Assembly: GCA_964628855.1 (NCBI GenBank)
Contig: CAZVMV010000006.1
Span: forward strand, 4,539-68,538
Length of the DNA stretch: 64,000 nt
Reading direction: 5' to 3'
Source: an uncultured Gammaproteobacteria bacterium
GTDB lineage: Bacteria > Patescibacteriota > Patescibacteriia > UBA10025 > JAHIVO01
Shown: piece after piece, positions 27,922-36,494 of the stretch
Layout of the letters: each line of letters begins with the position of its first letter
Numbering within the stretch: the first letter of the stretch is position 1
Notes under the pieces: generated by a model
Databases searched by the model: none
Told to the model about the DNA's origin: nothing
The model's input: only the letters and a program-made list of their open reading frames with translations
Made by a program: the position numbers and the translations under genes

Positions 27922-28311
27922 TTAATTATTTTTTTTATGTTCCGCATGGGTGGCCTGCCGCAAAGTTTCCAGAGCCAGCAATGCACATTTACGTCTGGCT
28001 GGCGTGATGGGCACGCCCATGTCTTTAATAAAATCGTTATCAGTGTACTTCTCTAGGTCCTGGATACTCTTGCCTGGCGCCTTTTCTGTCAAAATTGAGG
28101 CTGCCGCCCTGGCAATACTGCATCCGGCTCCGTCGAATTTGACTTCCTGCAGCTTTTTCTTCGATTTATCGGTACGATAGCTAATCCTAATACGATCGCC
28201 GCATAATGGATTATTTCGTTCAGCCATGCCATCCGGCCGTTTAACTTCGCCGAAATTCTTCGGTGACCGGGAGTGGTCAATGATGATTTGTCTGTACATG
28301 TCAAAACTCAT
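27922..28311 (-). CDS. sufU: SUF-system Fe-S scaffold/sulfur-transfer protein SufU
   Basis: 129 aa. Motifs NPLCGD, GAGCSIARAAAS and RRKCALLALETL. Confidence 0.88.
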   Translation of the reverse strand: MSFDMYRQIIIDHSRSPKNFGEVKRPDGMAERNNPLCGDRIRISYRTDKSKKKLQEVKFDGAGCSIARAAASILTEKAPGKSIQDLEKYTDNDFIKDMGVPITPARRKCALLALETLRQATHAEHKKNN

Positions 28312-29555
28312 AATTTGAATATTTCCTTAGCCTTCTTTAAAGCGACGACCAGCGCATGGACATCGGCTTCAGTATTATATATATAGAAACTTGCCCGAGT
28401 AGTGGATTCGACTCCCAATTTTTCATGCAATGGCTGAGCACAATGATGGCCTGCCCTGACTGCCACGCCCTGCTCATCCAAAATCGAAGCCAGGTCGTGT
28501 GGGTGGATATCTTTCATACTGAAAGCTACGGCACCACCCCTGTCCTTAACCTCTCGCGGACCATAAATAGTCAAACCAGAAATCGAACTCAATTCTTTGA
28601 TCGCCAGCGTAGTGATCTCCTGTTCATGTGAAAAAACCCGATCCATCCCGATCGCCTGCAAATAATCGATGGCCGCACCCAACCCGATCGTACCAGCAAT
28701 ATTTGGCGTTCCCGCTTCAAATTTCCACGGAAGTTCATTCCATCTTGCCTCACGTAACGTCACCTGCGAAATCATGTCTCCACCCGTGAGGAAGGGCGGC
28801 ATGTTTTCAAGAATTTCGCGTTTGCCATATAGAACGCCCACCCCTGTCGGCCCAAGCATCTTATGTGAAGAAAAAACGTAAAAATCTGCATCGGTCTTTT
28901 TCATGTCCACCGGAAAATGCGGCACGCTTTGCGCCCCGTCTACAAGCACGACCGCGTGAGGCGCTTTTTTCCTGACTTGTTTGATAATATCCCTTGCGGG
29001 ATTTATCGTACCGAGAACATTCGACATGTGCGTAAATGCCACGAGCTTTACCTGTTCGGTCAATAAGTCGTCCAAATGGGTTATATCCAGGCGTCCATTA
29101 GAACTAACTGGGATAAAAGACAACCGGGCACCCTTTTCCTTAGCCAAAACTTGCCATGGGACCAGATTGGCATGATGTTCCATTTCAGTCAGGATGATAT
29201 GATCTCCACGTTTGATGTTTTGCCTGCCCCAAGAATACGCCACTAAGTTTATGCTTTCGGTGGCATTCCTGGTGAATATTATTTCGGTAGCCGATGTGGC
29301 ATTGATGAAATCGGCAACCTTTTGCCGGACAAGCTCATATGCTTCAGAAGCCTTTTCGGACAAGGTATAGATGCCTCGATGCACATTGGCATAGTAAGTC
29401 TCATAAAATATTTTTACCGCATCGATTACCGCCCTCGGTTTCTGCGTACTAGCAGTAGAATCAAGGTATACTAAGGGTTTGCTGTTAATTTTTTGGGAAA
29501 AAATCGGGAATTCAGATCTGATCTTTTGCCATGTCCTGCTGTTAATTGATGTCAT
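28308..29555 (-). CDS. sufS: cysteine desulfurase SufS
   Basis: 415 aa. PLP-Lys in SSHKMLGPTG and the active-site Cys in RAGHHCAQP. Confidence 0.92.
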   Translation of the reverse strand: MTSINSRTWQKIRSEFPIFSQKINSKPLVYLDSTASTQKPRAVIDAVKIFYETYYANVHRGIYTLSEKASEAYELVRQKVADFINATSATEIIFTRNATESINLVAYSWGRQNIKRGDHIILTEMEHHANLVPWQVLAKEKGARLSFIPVSSNGRLDITHLDDLLTEQVKLVAFTHMSNVLGTINPARDIIKQVRKKAPHAVVLVDGAQSVPHFPVDMKKTDADFYVFSSHKMLGPTGVGVLYGKREILENMPPFLTGGDMISQVTLREARWNELPWKFEAGTPNIAGTIGLGAAIDYLQAIGMDRVFSHEQEITTLAIKELSSISGLTIYGPREVKDRGGAVAFSMKDIHPHDLASILDEQGVAVRAGHHCAQPLHEKLGVESTTRASFYIYNTEADVHALVVALKKAKEIFKL

Positions 29556-30259
29556 AATACGTGTGGAAATATTTTTGCTGAGTGCCCGGGTATACGGGCC
29601 AGGACTGGGTGAAAAAATCCATTAATTAAGTTCCTGACGGCTTGACGCCTTGATAAACCGCGGCTCATCAGATAAAAAATCTGCTCAGCATTCACGCGAC
29701 TTGTGGTCGAGCCATGCGTCGCTCTTACGTCATTGGCTAGGATTTCCAGAGTTGGGATTGAGGTTGCCATCCCCTGGCCAAAAAGCAGCACATTATCAGC
29801 GAAATATGAATTTGTCAAGTCAGCGTTTGGATGGATTTTCAAAAGCCCGTTGAATTGTCCGAAGGCGGAGTCCTCATAAACTCCTTTTATCAGTATATCA
29901 CCTTTTGTATTTTTTGCCTGATGGTGCATGGACACGTCAAATGCGTGGCGGTCTTTGCCGATACCGTGGAAAACTGCAGATATATATGCCTCCGCCCCGC
30001 TGCCTACAAGTTCTACGGATGTTTTTATTGTAGCGTTATTTGACCGATAAACGGCCATGCCCATATGCAGTCGCGCATGCTTATGAAGAACGAGTTGAAT
30101 GGAAGGATTCACGATCCGATCCAGGCTTTTCCCTACCCATACCAAATTCAGATTCCTGCCAGCCATGACGGTAATGGAAATATTCGAACTCTTATGTTTA
30201 AGTACGTCGATTTCCAAAGTCATGTCTTTTTTGATTTGCAGTCTTCTTGTAAGTGACAT
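29552..30259 (-). CDS. sufD: Fe-S cluster assembly protein SufD (short form)
   Basis: 235 aa with a SufB/D beta-helix core. It is translationally coupled between sufB and sufS. Confidence 0.75.
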   Translation of the reverse strand: MSLTRRLQIKKDMTLEIDVLKHKSSNISITVMAGRNLNLVWVGKSLDRIVNPSIQLVLHKHARLHMGMAVYRSNNATIKTSVELVGSGAEAYISAVFHGIGKDRHAFDVSMHHQAKNTKGDILIKGVYEDSAFGQFNGLLKIHPNADLTNSYFADNVLLFGQGMATSIPTLEILANDVRATHGSTTSRVNAEQIFYLMSRGLSRRQAVRNLINGFFHPVLARIPGHSAKIFPHVL

Positions 30260-30264
30260 ATTTT

Positions 30265-31656
30265 TTATCCTACGCTGCCTTCCATTTCCAGTTGGATCAG
30301 CCTGTTCAGTTCAACAGCATATTCAAGCGGTAATTCTTTGGCAATCGGCTCGATAAACCCCGAAACGACTAAATTCATGGCCTCGGCTTCGCTTAACCCA
30401 CGGCTTCTCAGATAAAACATCTGTTCTTCTCCGATCTTTCCGACTGACGCCTCATGGCCGATCTGAACATCACTTTCCTTGATTTCCATAGTCGGATAAG
30501 TATCAGAACGCGACCGCTCATCCAACAACAGTGCGTCGCATACGACATTAGATTTCACCCCAGTCATGCCGCGTGGCACCCGAACAAGACCACGATAAGA
30601 TGTGCGTCCTGTTTCCTTGGCAATTGACTTGGAAATTATCCGTGACGTGGTTTCAGGCGCTCCATGTATGGCTTTTCCACCGGCATCCTGGTGCTGACCG
30701 GCACCAGCCAAAGCAATGGATAATACTTCGCCGTGAGCTTTCCTCCCTAATAGATAAACAGACGGGTATTTCATGGTCAATTTACTCCCGAGATTTCCAT
30801 CTACCCACTCCATCACGCCTTCCTCATATACAAAACTTCGCTTGGTCACCAAATTGTAAACATTCTTTGACCAGTTCTGTACGGTGGTGTAGCGGACCCT
30901 TGCGCCCGGCTTAACGATAATTTCAACAACGGCGGAATGCAATGAATCAGTTGTATATACCGGCGCGGTGCAGCCCTCGACATAGTGCACAAAACTGCCA
31001 GGTTCGGCGATAATTAGCGTTCTCTCAAATTGGCCGGCGTTTTTGGCATTGATGCGGAAGTATGCCTGCAATGGGAATTCCACTTTCACGCCGGCTGGCA
31101 CATATACGAAGCTGCCGCCGCTCCAAACCGCGGTATTAAGTGCCGCAAATTTGTTGTCGCCGGCCGGGATGACGCGGCCAAAGTATTTCTTTACGATCTC
31201 TGGAAATTTCTTCAGCGCCGTATCCATATCCTCGAATATGACGCCATTCTTGCCCATGCGGTCTTTTAAATTATGGTAGACTGCCTCTGACTCGTATTGA
31301 GCCATTACGCCTGACAGGTATTTTTGCTCGGCCTGTGGGATGCCCAGTCTCTGATAGGTATTTCTGATGGCTGTCGGCACCTCTCCCCAGCTCTGGAAAA
31401 CCTTTTCCACCGGTTTCATGTAATAATAAATATCGTCAAATTTTATTTTTGACAGGTCGCCACCCCAGGACGGCATTTGTTTCTTTACGAAAGTCTGATA
31501 TGCTCGGATTCTGACGTCTCTCATCCAGGATGGTTCGGACTTCATATGAGAAATTTCACGGACCACCTTTTCGTTTATCCCTTTTTTCGCCTTATAAATA
31601 TATGAGACAGGATCCGGACGCGACAGTACTTCCTGATTTGAATTAGCGGTAGACAT
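30265..31656 (-). CDS. sufB: Fe-S cluster assembly protein SufB
   Basis: 463 aa. Conserved blocks include [11 protein letters not shown] and [14 protein letters not shown]. Confidence 0.93.
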   Translation of the reverse strand: MSTANSNQEVLSRPDPVSYIYKAKKGINEKVVREISHMKSEPSWMRDVRIRAYQTFVKKQMPSWGGDLSKIKFDDIYYYMKPVEKVFQSWGEVPTAIRNTYQRLGIPQAEQKYLSGVMAQYESEAVYHNLKDRMGKNGVIFEDMDTALKKFPEIVKKYFGRVIPAGDNKFAALNTAVWSGGSFVYVPAGVKVEFPLQAYFRINAKNAGQFERTLIIAEPGSFVHYVEGCTAPVYTTDSLHSAVVEIIVKPGARVRYTTVQNWSKNVYNLVTKRSFVYEEGVMEWVDGNLGSKLTMKYPSVYLLGRKAHGEVLSIALAGAGQHQDAGGKAIHGAPETTSRIISKSIAKETGRTSYRGLVRVPRGMTGVKSNVVCDALLLDERSRSDTYPTMEIKESDVQIGHEASVGKIGEEQMFYLRSRGLSEAEAMNLVVSGFIEPIAKELPLEYAVELNRLIQLEMEGSVG

Positions 31657-31660
31657 ACGC

Positions 31661-32404
31661 CTAAATTTCTTTCTTCAGCCAGTCATATCCACGCTTTTCC
31701 ACTTGCTGGGCCAGTTCCTTGCCGCCCGATTTTACGATCCTACCGTCGATCATCACATGCACACGATCTGGCTTGATGAATTTAAGGATGCGCATGTAAT
31801 GTGTAATCACCACAAACGCCCGTTTGCGGCTACGTAAAGCATTTACCCCCGCGGAAACGATTTTGAGCGCATCTATATCCAAACCAGAATCAGTTTCGTC
31901 GAGAATGGCTAATTTTGGCTCTAATAAAGTTAGTTGTAACATTTCAAGTTTTTTCTTTTCCCCGCCGGAAAAACCTTCATTCAAGCCGCGCTGAGCCAGG
32001 TCGTGACGTAATTTCAATTTTGCCGCAGCGGCGATAAAACGGGCATGGAATTCCGCTACCGCGAGCGTATTCTTGGTATAGATGGAATTATAGGCAGTGC
32101 GTAAAAAATGCTCAATGGACAGGCCCCCCACCTCGCTTGGATACTGGAACGACAAAAAAATCCCTAGCCTTGCCCGTTCATCCGGCTCCTTGGAATTTAT
32201 ATTCTTTCCTTGCATGATCAAACTGCCGCGTGAAATATCAAAACCCGGATGCCCCATGATTACTGACGCTAAAGTTGACTTGCCGGATCCATTGGGGCCC
32301 ATTATCGCATGCACCTCGCCCGCACGGAAGGCCACATTGATCCCATTCAAAATTTTCTTTTTCCCCACCCCGGCATACAAATTTTTTACTTCAAACAAAT
32401 TCAT
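31661..32404 (-). CDS. sufC: Fe-S cluster assembly ATPase SufC
   Basis: Motifs [17 protein letters not shown] and [12 protein letters not shown]. Start trimmed to ATG 32404 (MNLFEVKNL). Confidence 0.92.
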   Translation of the reverse strand: MNLFEVKNLYAGVGKKKILNGINVAFRAGEVHAIMGPNGSGKSTLASVIMGHPGFDISRGSLIMQGKNINSKEPDERARLGIFLSFQYPSEVGGLSIEHFLRTAYNSIYTKNTLAVAEFHARFIAAAAKLKLRHDLAQRGLNEGFSGGEKKKLEMLQLTLLEPKLAILDETDSGLDIDALKIVSAGVNALRSRKRAFVVITHYMRILKFIKPDRVHVMIDGRIVKSGGKELAQQVEKRGYDWLKKEI

Positions 32405-32414
32405 TGGAAAAAAA

Positions 32415-32561
32415 TTAATAACAACAACTTTCCTTGTAACCGCACTGTTTACATACAGAACTTTTGCTCCCGCGGAGTGACGGCATATCGGCGCCGCAGG
32501 TCGGGCACGCTTGCCGGTCCTGATTATATTCTGACGGATAACTATTTGTGTGCTTTGACAT
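32415..32561 (-). CDS. candidate 48-aa zinc-ribbon protein
   Basis: Manual translation: MSKHTNSYPSEYNQDRQACPTCGADMPSLRGSKSSVCKQCGYKESCCY. It fills the fur-sufC gap exactly, overlapping the fur stop by 20 nt and ending 8 nt before the sufC ATG. It is too short to appear in the ORF track as a separate call. Confidence 0.4.
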   Translation of the reverse strand: MSKHTNSYPSEYNQDRQACPTCGADMPSLRGSKSSVCKQCGYKESCCY

Positions 32562-33096
32562 AATAATGACAATTAGTCTGGAAACAACATTCTCGACATA
32601 CTGGCGCCTCTTTGTGTAAGTCGTCCAGAAGCTCGCCACAGGCCATGCAGAATAGCTCTGGAGTTTTTGATTTTGGCGATAACTTTTTTTGGCAGGCAGA
32701 ACAGTATCCGCGTACCTCGAAATTATCTGACCGAACGAAAAAACTCCCACTCGCGGCCAAAGATTTTGCAACTTCGACAAGACGACTATCCATTATCTCG
32801 GAAATGGAATGGCACTTTTCGCAAACCAAATGAATATGCGAATCTACACGACTTTCGTACCGGCTGATTTTGTCGACCACGCATTCCTTGATATAACCAT
32901 GCTGCCTCAGGAAATCCAAATTGCGGTAAACCGTACCGAAGCTGATGTTACGGAGCTTTTTCCTTACCCCTCGGTAAATTTGTTCGGCAGTCGGGTGGCC
33001 TGGCTCGTGCCGCAGATATTCCAAAATGTCCAAACGCTGGCTAGTAAGGCGCCAATCACGGGTTGGATGGTTTTTTTCTACTTTTTTAGCCGGCAT
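32542..33096 (-). CDS. Fur-family (Fur/PerR-like) transcriptional regulator with an extra C-terminal Cys-rich extension
   Basis: 184 aa. A winged-helix N-terminus (TSQRLDILEYL..FGTVYRNLDFL) and the canonical CEKC...CSAC pair are followed by ~46 extra aa carrying CMAC..CREC..C. Confidence 0.85.
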   Translation of the reverse strand: MPAKKVEKNHPTRDWRLTSQRLDILEYLRHEPGHPTAEQIYRGVRKKLRNISFGTVYRNLDFLRQHGYIKECVVDKISRYESRVDSHIHLVCEKCHSISEIMDSRLVEVAKSLAASGSFFVRSDNFEVRGYCSACQKKLSPKSKTPELFCMACGELLDDLHKEAPVCRECCFQTNCHYYVKAHK

Positions 33097-33106
33097 GATA
33101 ACGATA

Positions 33107-33131
33107 CTTATTAAGAATGATTCTCAATAAG
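33107..33131. promoter_or_regulatory. Fur/PerR-box-like palindrome (12-1-12, one mismatch)
   Basis: CTTATTAAGAAT-G-ATTCTCAATAAG. The core TGAGAATCATTCTTA resembles TGATAATNATTATCA-type boxes and abuts the -10 of the regulator's own promoter. Confidence 0.55.
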
Positions 33132-33158
33132 TATACTGAGGGCTCAATAATTTGTCAA
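33130..33158 (-). promoter_or_regulatory. promoter TTGACA-17-TATACT of the Fur-family gene/suf cluster
   Basis: The reverse complement of 33153..33158 is TTGACA and of 33130..33135 is TATACT. Confidence 0.55.
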
Positions 33159-33200
33159 CCCAAAAACAGGCCAAGGAAGCCTGTATTCGGGAAGTGTAAA

Positions 33201-33896
33201 TTATTTCGCTAACTGCATAATAATGGCCACCAGTCCGATAACCCCAACAATTACGCCAATCACCTTCAATGTTATTGCACTGCGACCAACTTTTTTCTCA
33301 TATTCTTCTTCAGACCGGCAACTTATTATAAAATCACCGCTACCCTTCTGAAAAACCAATCCATCTGGGCCGTTTGAAACGAAGCCATTAACATACACCG
33401 GTCCGCCAACCAATAACGCCTCTTCACTCGCCTTCGTCCGATACCCACCCAAACGAACTGAAAGCTTCGACATGATGTGGTTACCGAAATCCACGCCAGG
33501 CTGTAAAAACTGCTCGCCTAGTGATTGCGGATCAAATTTTGCGCCGTCAGGATTCACGGCCACCTTACCGGAAGAGTCTTGCGCATAAAACTGAACTTTT
33601 TCCTGATTGCTATCCTCCGTATGCCAGGATGTGCGCGTCTCGCCCCGTGCGTCCTGCTCGGTCACTTCCCTTTCTATTTCATATGAATAATAAACGCAGT
33701 CGCGATGTGAAAATGGCGTCTGCAGGGGGCGCTCACAAACAATAGTGCCCTGAATTTCAGCTTGGGCGCCTGACTGAAGCTGTCCGATGGGTACTGATTT
33801 TGATGAGGCTAACCTGGCCTGAGTCTTTTTGCTGCGCACGCCCAGGTACCACAATAAACCGCCCAGTCCAATCATGACGATTCCAAATATTGCCAT
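33201..33896 (-). CDS. GIDE-domain-like membrane protein (N- and C-terminal TM helices)
   Basis: 231 aa. TM, then SVPIGQLQSGAQAEIQGTIVCERPLQTPFSHRDCVYYSYEIE, then a C-terminal TM, as in bacterial GIDE (PF12483-like) proteins. Confidence 0.5.
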   Translation of the reverse strand: MAIFGIVMIGLGGLLWYLGVRSKKTQARLASSKSVPIGQLQSGAQAEIQGTIVCERPLQTPFSHRDCVYYSYEIEREVTEQDARGETRTSWHTEDSNQEKVQFYAQDSSGKVAVNPDGAKFDPQSLGEQFLQPGVDFGNHIMSKLSVRLGGYRTKASEEALLVGGPVYVNGFVSNGPDGLVFQKGSGDFIISCRSEEEYEKKVGRSAITLKVIGVIVGVIGLVAIIMQLAK

Positions 33897-33994
33897 AATG
33901 ATAGTGTTAATGATTAATTTTTATTTAATTAATCCCGGTAAAATTATGCAATCAGTATCTAGGGCATCAACCTAATAACATACTTTAAAAAAAC

Positions 33995-34183
33995 CTACTC
34001 CTCCCAGGAAATTGCCCCAGTTGGGCAGCTGTCAATCGCATCCTGAACTGGCAGGCCTTCATAACTATCCAATGGCTTCACCTGAGATTTGCCCTCAAGG
34101 CTTAACTCGAATACTTCAGGGCAAAGCGCGGTGCACGTCCCGCAACCTGAACATTTTTCCGGATCTACGTGTGGTTTTCTCAT
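33995..34183 (-). CDS. small 4Fe-4S ferredoxin
   Basis: 62 aa with CSGCGTC...SCP. Confidence 0.8.
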   Translation of the reverse strand: MRKPHVDPEKCSGCGTCTALCPEVFELSLEGKSQVKPLDSYEGLPVQDAIDSCPTGAISWEE

Positions 34184-34198
34184 AGTTTTTTTAATCTA

Positions 34199-35725
34199 TT
34201 AACCGACAGCGCCCTCCTTGACCGCCATCTTTTTTATTTTAAATATTTTCTTGGTCTTCAACGCTTCGAGTGCCAGGGCAATTCGATCATCATTAGAACC
34301 GTATAAGGTGAATAAACGCTCGCCCTTACGGACTTTCTGTCCTAACATCTTGTTGATATATATACCCGCCATCTTATCATGGGGCGCGCCCAATGTCCGG
34401 GCAATTTCATCCACCATCTTATCATCCACGTCTGACACCTGGCCGTTATATGGGGCATGGAACCTCTGACGCACCGCTGATTGGGTCAGGTCTTCAGAAT
34501 CGAGGTTCCATTTACCGCCTTGAGCCTTGATTATCTCCTGCATTTTTTTCCAGGCACGGCCGCTGGTCAGGGCTTCTGAGGCCAACATGTGCCCAACTCC
34601 TTTCCTCGCCTTACCGCACAGCTCCAATAAGCGTCCGGCCAAGATTATGGATTTTTTCTCCAGGTCTGACGGGCGATAATCTTTTTGCTGCAGGACGCGC
34701 AGAACATCACGCGCCTCTAAAGATGGCCCGATTCCTCGTCCAACCGGCTCATGGGTCTCGGTCAGCGCCACATCAATTTTCATATTGAAACGTTTTGCCA
34801 AATACTCGAATTTTTTCTTCACGTCCATGGCGGTATTTCTGTCTGCGATCTTTACAGAAGGGCCAAACGGCAAATCAACCACCAAATGCGTTACTCCCAT
34901 TGCGACTTTTTTTGCCATAATGCTTACCACCATCTTATCCAATGGCTCAAGCATCATCGGATGCGAAACCCGAATAATATAGTCGTCAGCAGGTGCCAGC
35001 CGGAAACTGCCTCCCCAGATTAAGCAAGCGCCGACCTTATCCAAAACTTTTTGAATCTGTTCAAAAGTCAGGTGCACCGGTGCTAATACTTCCATAGTGT
35101 CAGCCGTCCCGGCTGGGGAGGTGATTGCCCGTGATGAAGTTTTTGGTATGAATACCCCGCAGGATGCGATGATTGGAATTACTACCATGGTCGTACGATT
35201 GCCGGCCACTCCCCCAACAGAGTGCTTGTCTGCGACTACTTTCGCCTTCGGCTTTAAAACCTCGCCAGTCTCTGCCATCGCCTTGGTCATGAAAAAAAGC
35301 TCTTCATTCGAAAAATCCTTAATGAAACTGGAGGCGACAAAATAAGTGATTTCCACACTGGATAATTTGTGGTGGACTATATCATAAATAATCGAGCGCA
35401 TTTCCTCATATGTCAGGCTCTGGCCGAGGAGTTTTTTCCTTATTGCCTCGATCGAGGGCGGGCGGGACAGGACGTGCAATGATACCGGTTCGCCATCCCT
35501 AATTTTACGGTGACGCCAAACCTCACGAAAGAAGCCGACTTCCCCTTTTTCGACTTTATGCCGTGAATAATAGGCCACCACGATTGCCCGCTGGCCAGCC
35601 CATTTCACTTCCAAAAGGTCGCCCAGCACGATCCCGTAGGTCTTAGCCTCCTCCTCATGCAAAATGACAACCCAGGGCTGTCCGCCAGATGCAAAATCAA
35701 GTTTTTTCGCTTTTAGATAGAGCAT
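34199..35725 (-). CDS. AMP phosphorylase (archaeal-type thymidine phosphorylase family)
   Basis: 508 aa. An extra N-terminal ~85-aa domain is followed by a glycosyl-transferase family-3 core (DKHSVGGVAGNRTT, TSRAITSPAGTADT) and a PYNP C-terminal domain. Confidence 0.8.
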   Translation of the reverse strand: MLYLKAKKLDFASGGQPWVVILHEEEAKTYGIVLGDLLEVKWAGQRAIVVAYYSRHKVEKGEVGFFREVWRHRKIRDGEPVSLHVLSRPPSIEAIRKKLLGQSLTYEEMRSIIYDIVHHKLSSVEITYFVASSFIKDFSNEELFFMTKAMAETGEVLKPKAKVVADKHSVGGVAGNRTTMVVIPIIASCGVFIPKTSSRAITSPAGTADTMEVLAPVHLTFEQIQKVLDKVGACLIWGGSFRLAPADDYIIRVSHPMMLEPLDKMVVSIMAKKVAMGVTHLVVDLPFGPSVKIADRNTAMDVKKKFEYLAKRFNMKIDVALTETHEPVGRGIGPSLEARDVLRVLQQKDYRPSDLEKKSIILAGRLLELCGKARKGVGHMLASEALTSGRAWKKMQEIIKAQGGKWNLDSEDLTQSAVRQRFHAPYNGQVSDVDDKMVDEIARTLGAPHDKMAGIYINKMLGQKVRKGERLFTLYGSNDDRIALALEALKTKKIFKIKKMAVKEGAVG

Positions 35726-35802
35726 AGTGTGCTTACATTATAAATGATTAGGTTGGTTATGACAAAATTACTGGTTATTATAAGACTTTTTAGGATGAAA
35801 TA

Positions 35803-35831
35803 TTGACAATTGATTTGAACCCTGGTATCCT
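35803..35831 (+). promoter_or_regulatory. promoter TTGACA-17-TATCCT for the small ORF at 35889
   Basis: TTGACA at 35803..35808 and TATCCT at 35826..35831. Confidence 0.45.
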
Positions 35832-35888
35832 GATAACCTAAAAGAAACAAACAAAGCAACTTCACCTCACAACCACCAAGGAGGGTGC

Positions 35889-36125
35889 GTGCTCGACAAG
35901 CTAACCAAAATAATCAAAGGCTTGCGTCCGGAAGCACTAACTCCTGGCACGACCGCATACCGCATGCGTGATGTCAGGAAAACCATCGCTGCCTGTGACC
36001 GTAGAGTCAACCTGAAGAACGCCAACAGGCCTCCTGTTGACCCTGATGACTTTACGGTTGTTGGTGACGCTTCGGTCCACCCAAACATTTTTCGCCAGCA
36101 TTTCGGAGACGACACAACGGACTAA
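35889..36125 (+). CDS. small hypothetical protein (78 aa), autonomous unit
   Basis: AAGGAGGG + TGC + GTG start. It has its own promoter and terminator. Product MLDKLTKIIKGLRPEALTPGTTAYRMRDVRK... is not recognised. Confidence 0.45.
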   Translation: MLDKLTKIIKGLRPEALTPGTTAYRMRDVRKTIAACDRRVNLKNANRPPVDPDDFTVVGDASVHPNIFRQHFGDDTTD

Positions 36126-36147
36126 TGCCGCTCCGAAAAACCAAAAT

Positions 36148-36180
36148 ACTCCTGCTTTAGGGCGGGAGTTTATTTTTTTA
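36148..36180. terminator. bidirectional terminator (small ORF / DUF1858 gene)
   Basis: ACTCCTGC-TTTAGG-GCGGGAGT followed by TTATTTTTTT. The minus-strand reading is followed by ATTTTGGTTTTT. Confidence 0.65.
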
Positions 36181-36187
36181 GTGCTTT

Positions 36188-36439
36188 TTAAGAATTGTTA
36201 ATCAAATTGTTGATATCTTTCAGCAGCGGTTTTAAATCCAAACCGTGAACCGCTGCCCCGGATTCCAAGCTCTCATACGGCGAGATGGCACACCCGACGC
36301 AATGGAAACCGCGCTCCATCAGGAGCAAAGAGACTTGTGGGTAACGACTCAATAACTCTCCCATCAAAATATCGCCGTTGACCACCGGTTTTTTGCTTTT
36401 TATCGTGATACGTTTTTTTTGAGATTTCTGAATTGCCAT
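36188..36439 (-). CDS. DUF1858 / hybrid-cluster-protein-associated redox disulfide domain protein
   Basis: 83 aa. ILMGELLSRYPQVSLLLMERGFHCVGCAISPYESLESGAAVHGLD matches the DUF1858 pattern. Confidence 0.7.
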   Translation of the reverse strand: MAIQKSQKKRITIKSKKPVVNGDILMGELLSRYPQVSLLLMERGFHCVGCAISPYESLESGAAVHGLDLKPLLKDINNLINNS

Positions 36440-36494
36440 ATGTTTAAAAAGTCGGTAGTAAACAGACTACCTGTTTTCAAGCTAGGTGTCAATG

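Noticed and set aside
32405-32572. 56-aa N-terminal extension of SufC in the ORF track.
   Set aside because: The extension has no SufC homology, while MNLFEVKNL at ATG 32404 is the canonical N-terminus. The upstream DNA is better explained by the Fur tail and the 48-codon zinc-ribbon ORF.
35867-36115. 82-aa minus-strand ORF opposite the 35889 small gene.
   Set aside because: The promoter, SD and terminator geometry all favour the plus-strand frame, and nothing supports the minus frame.
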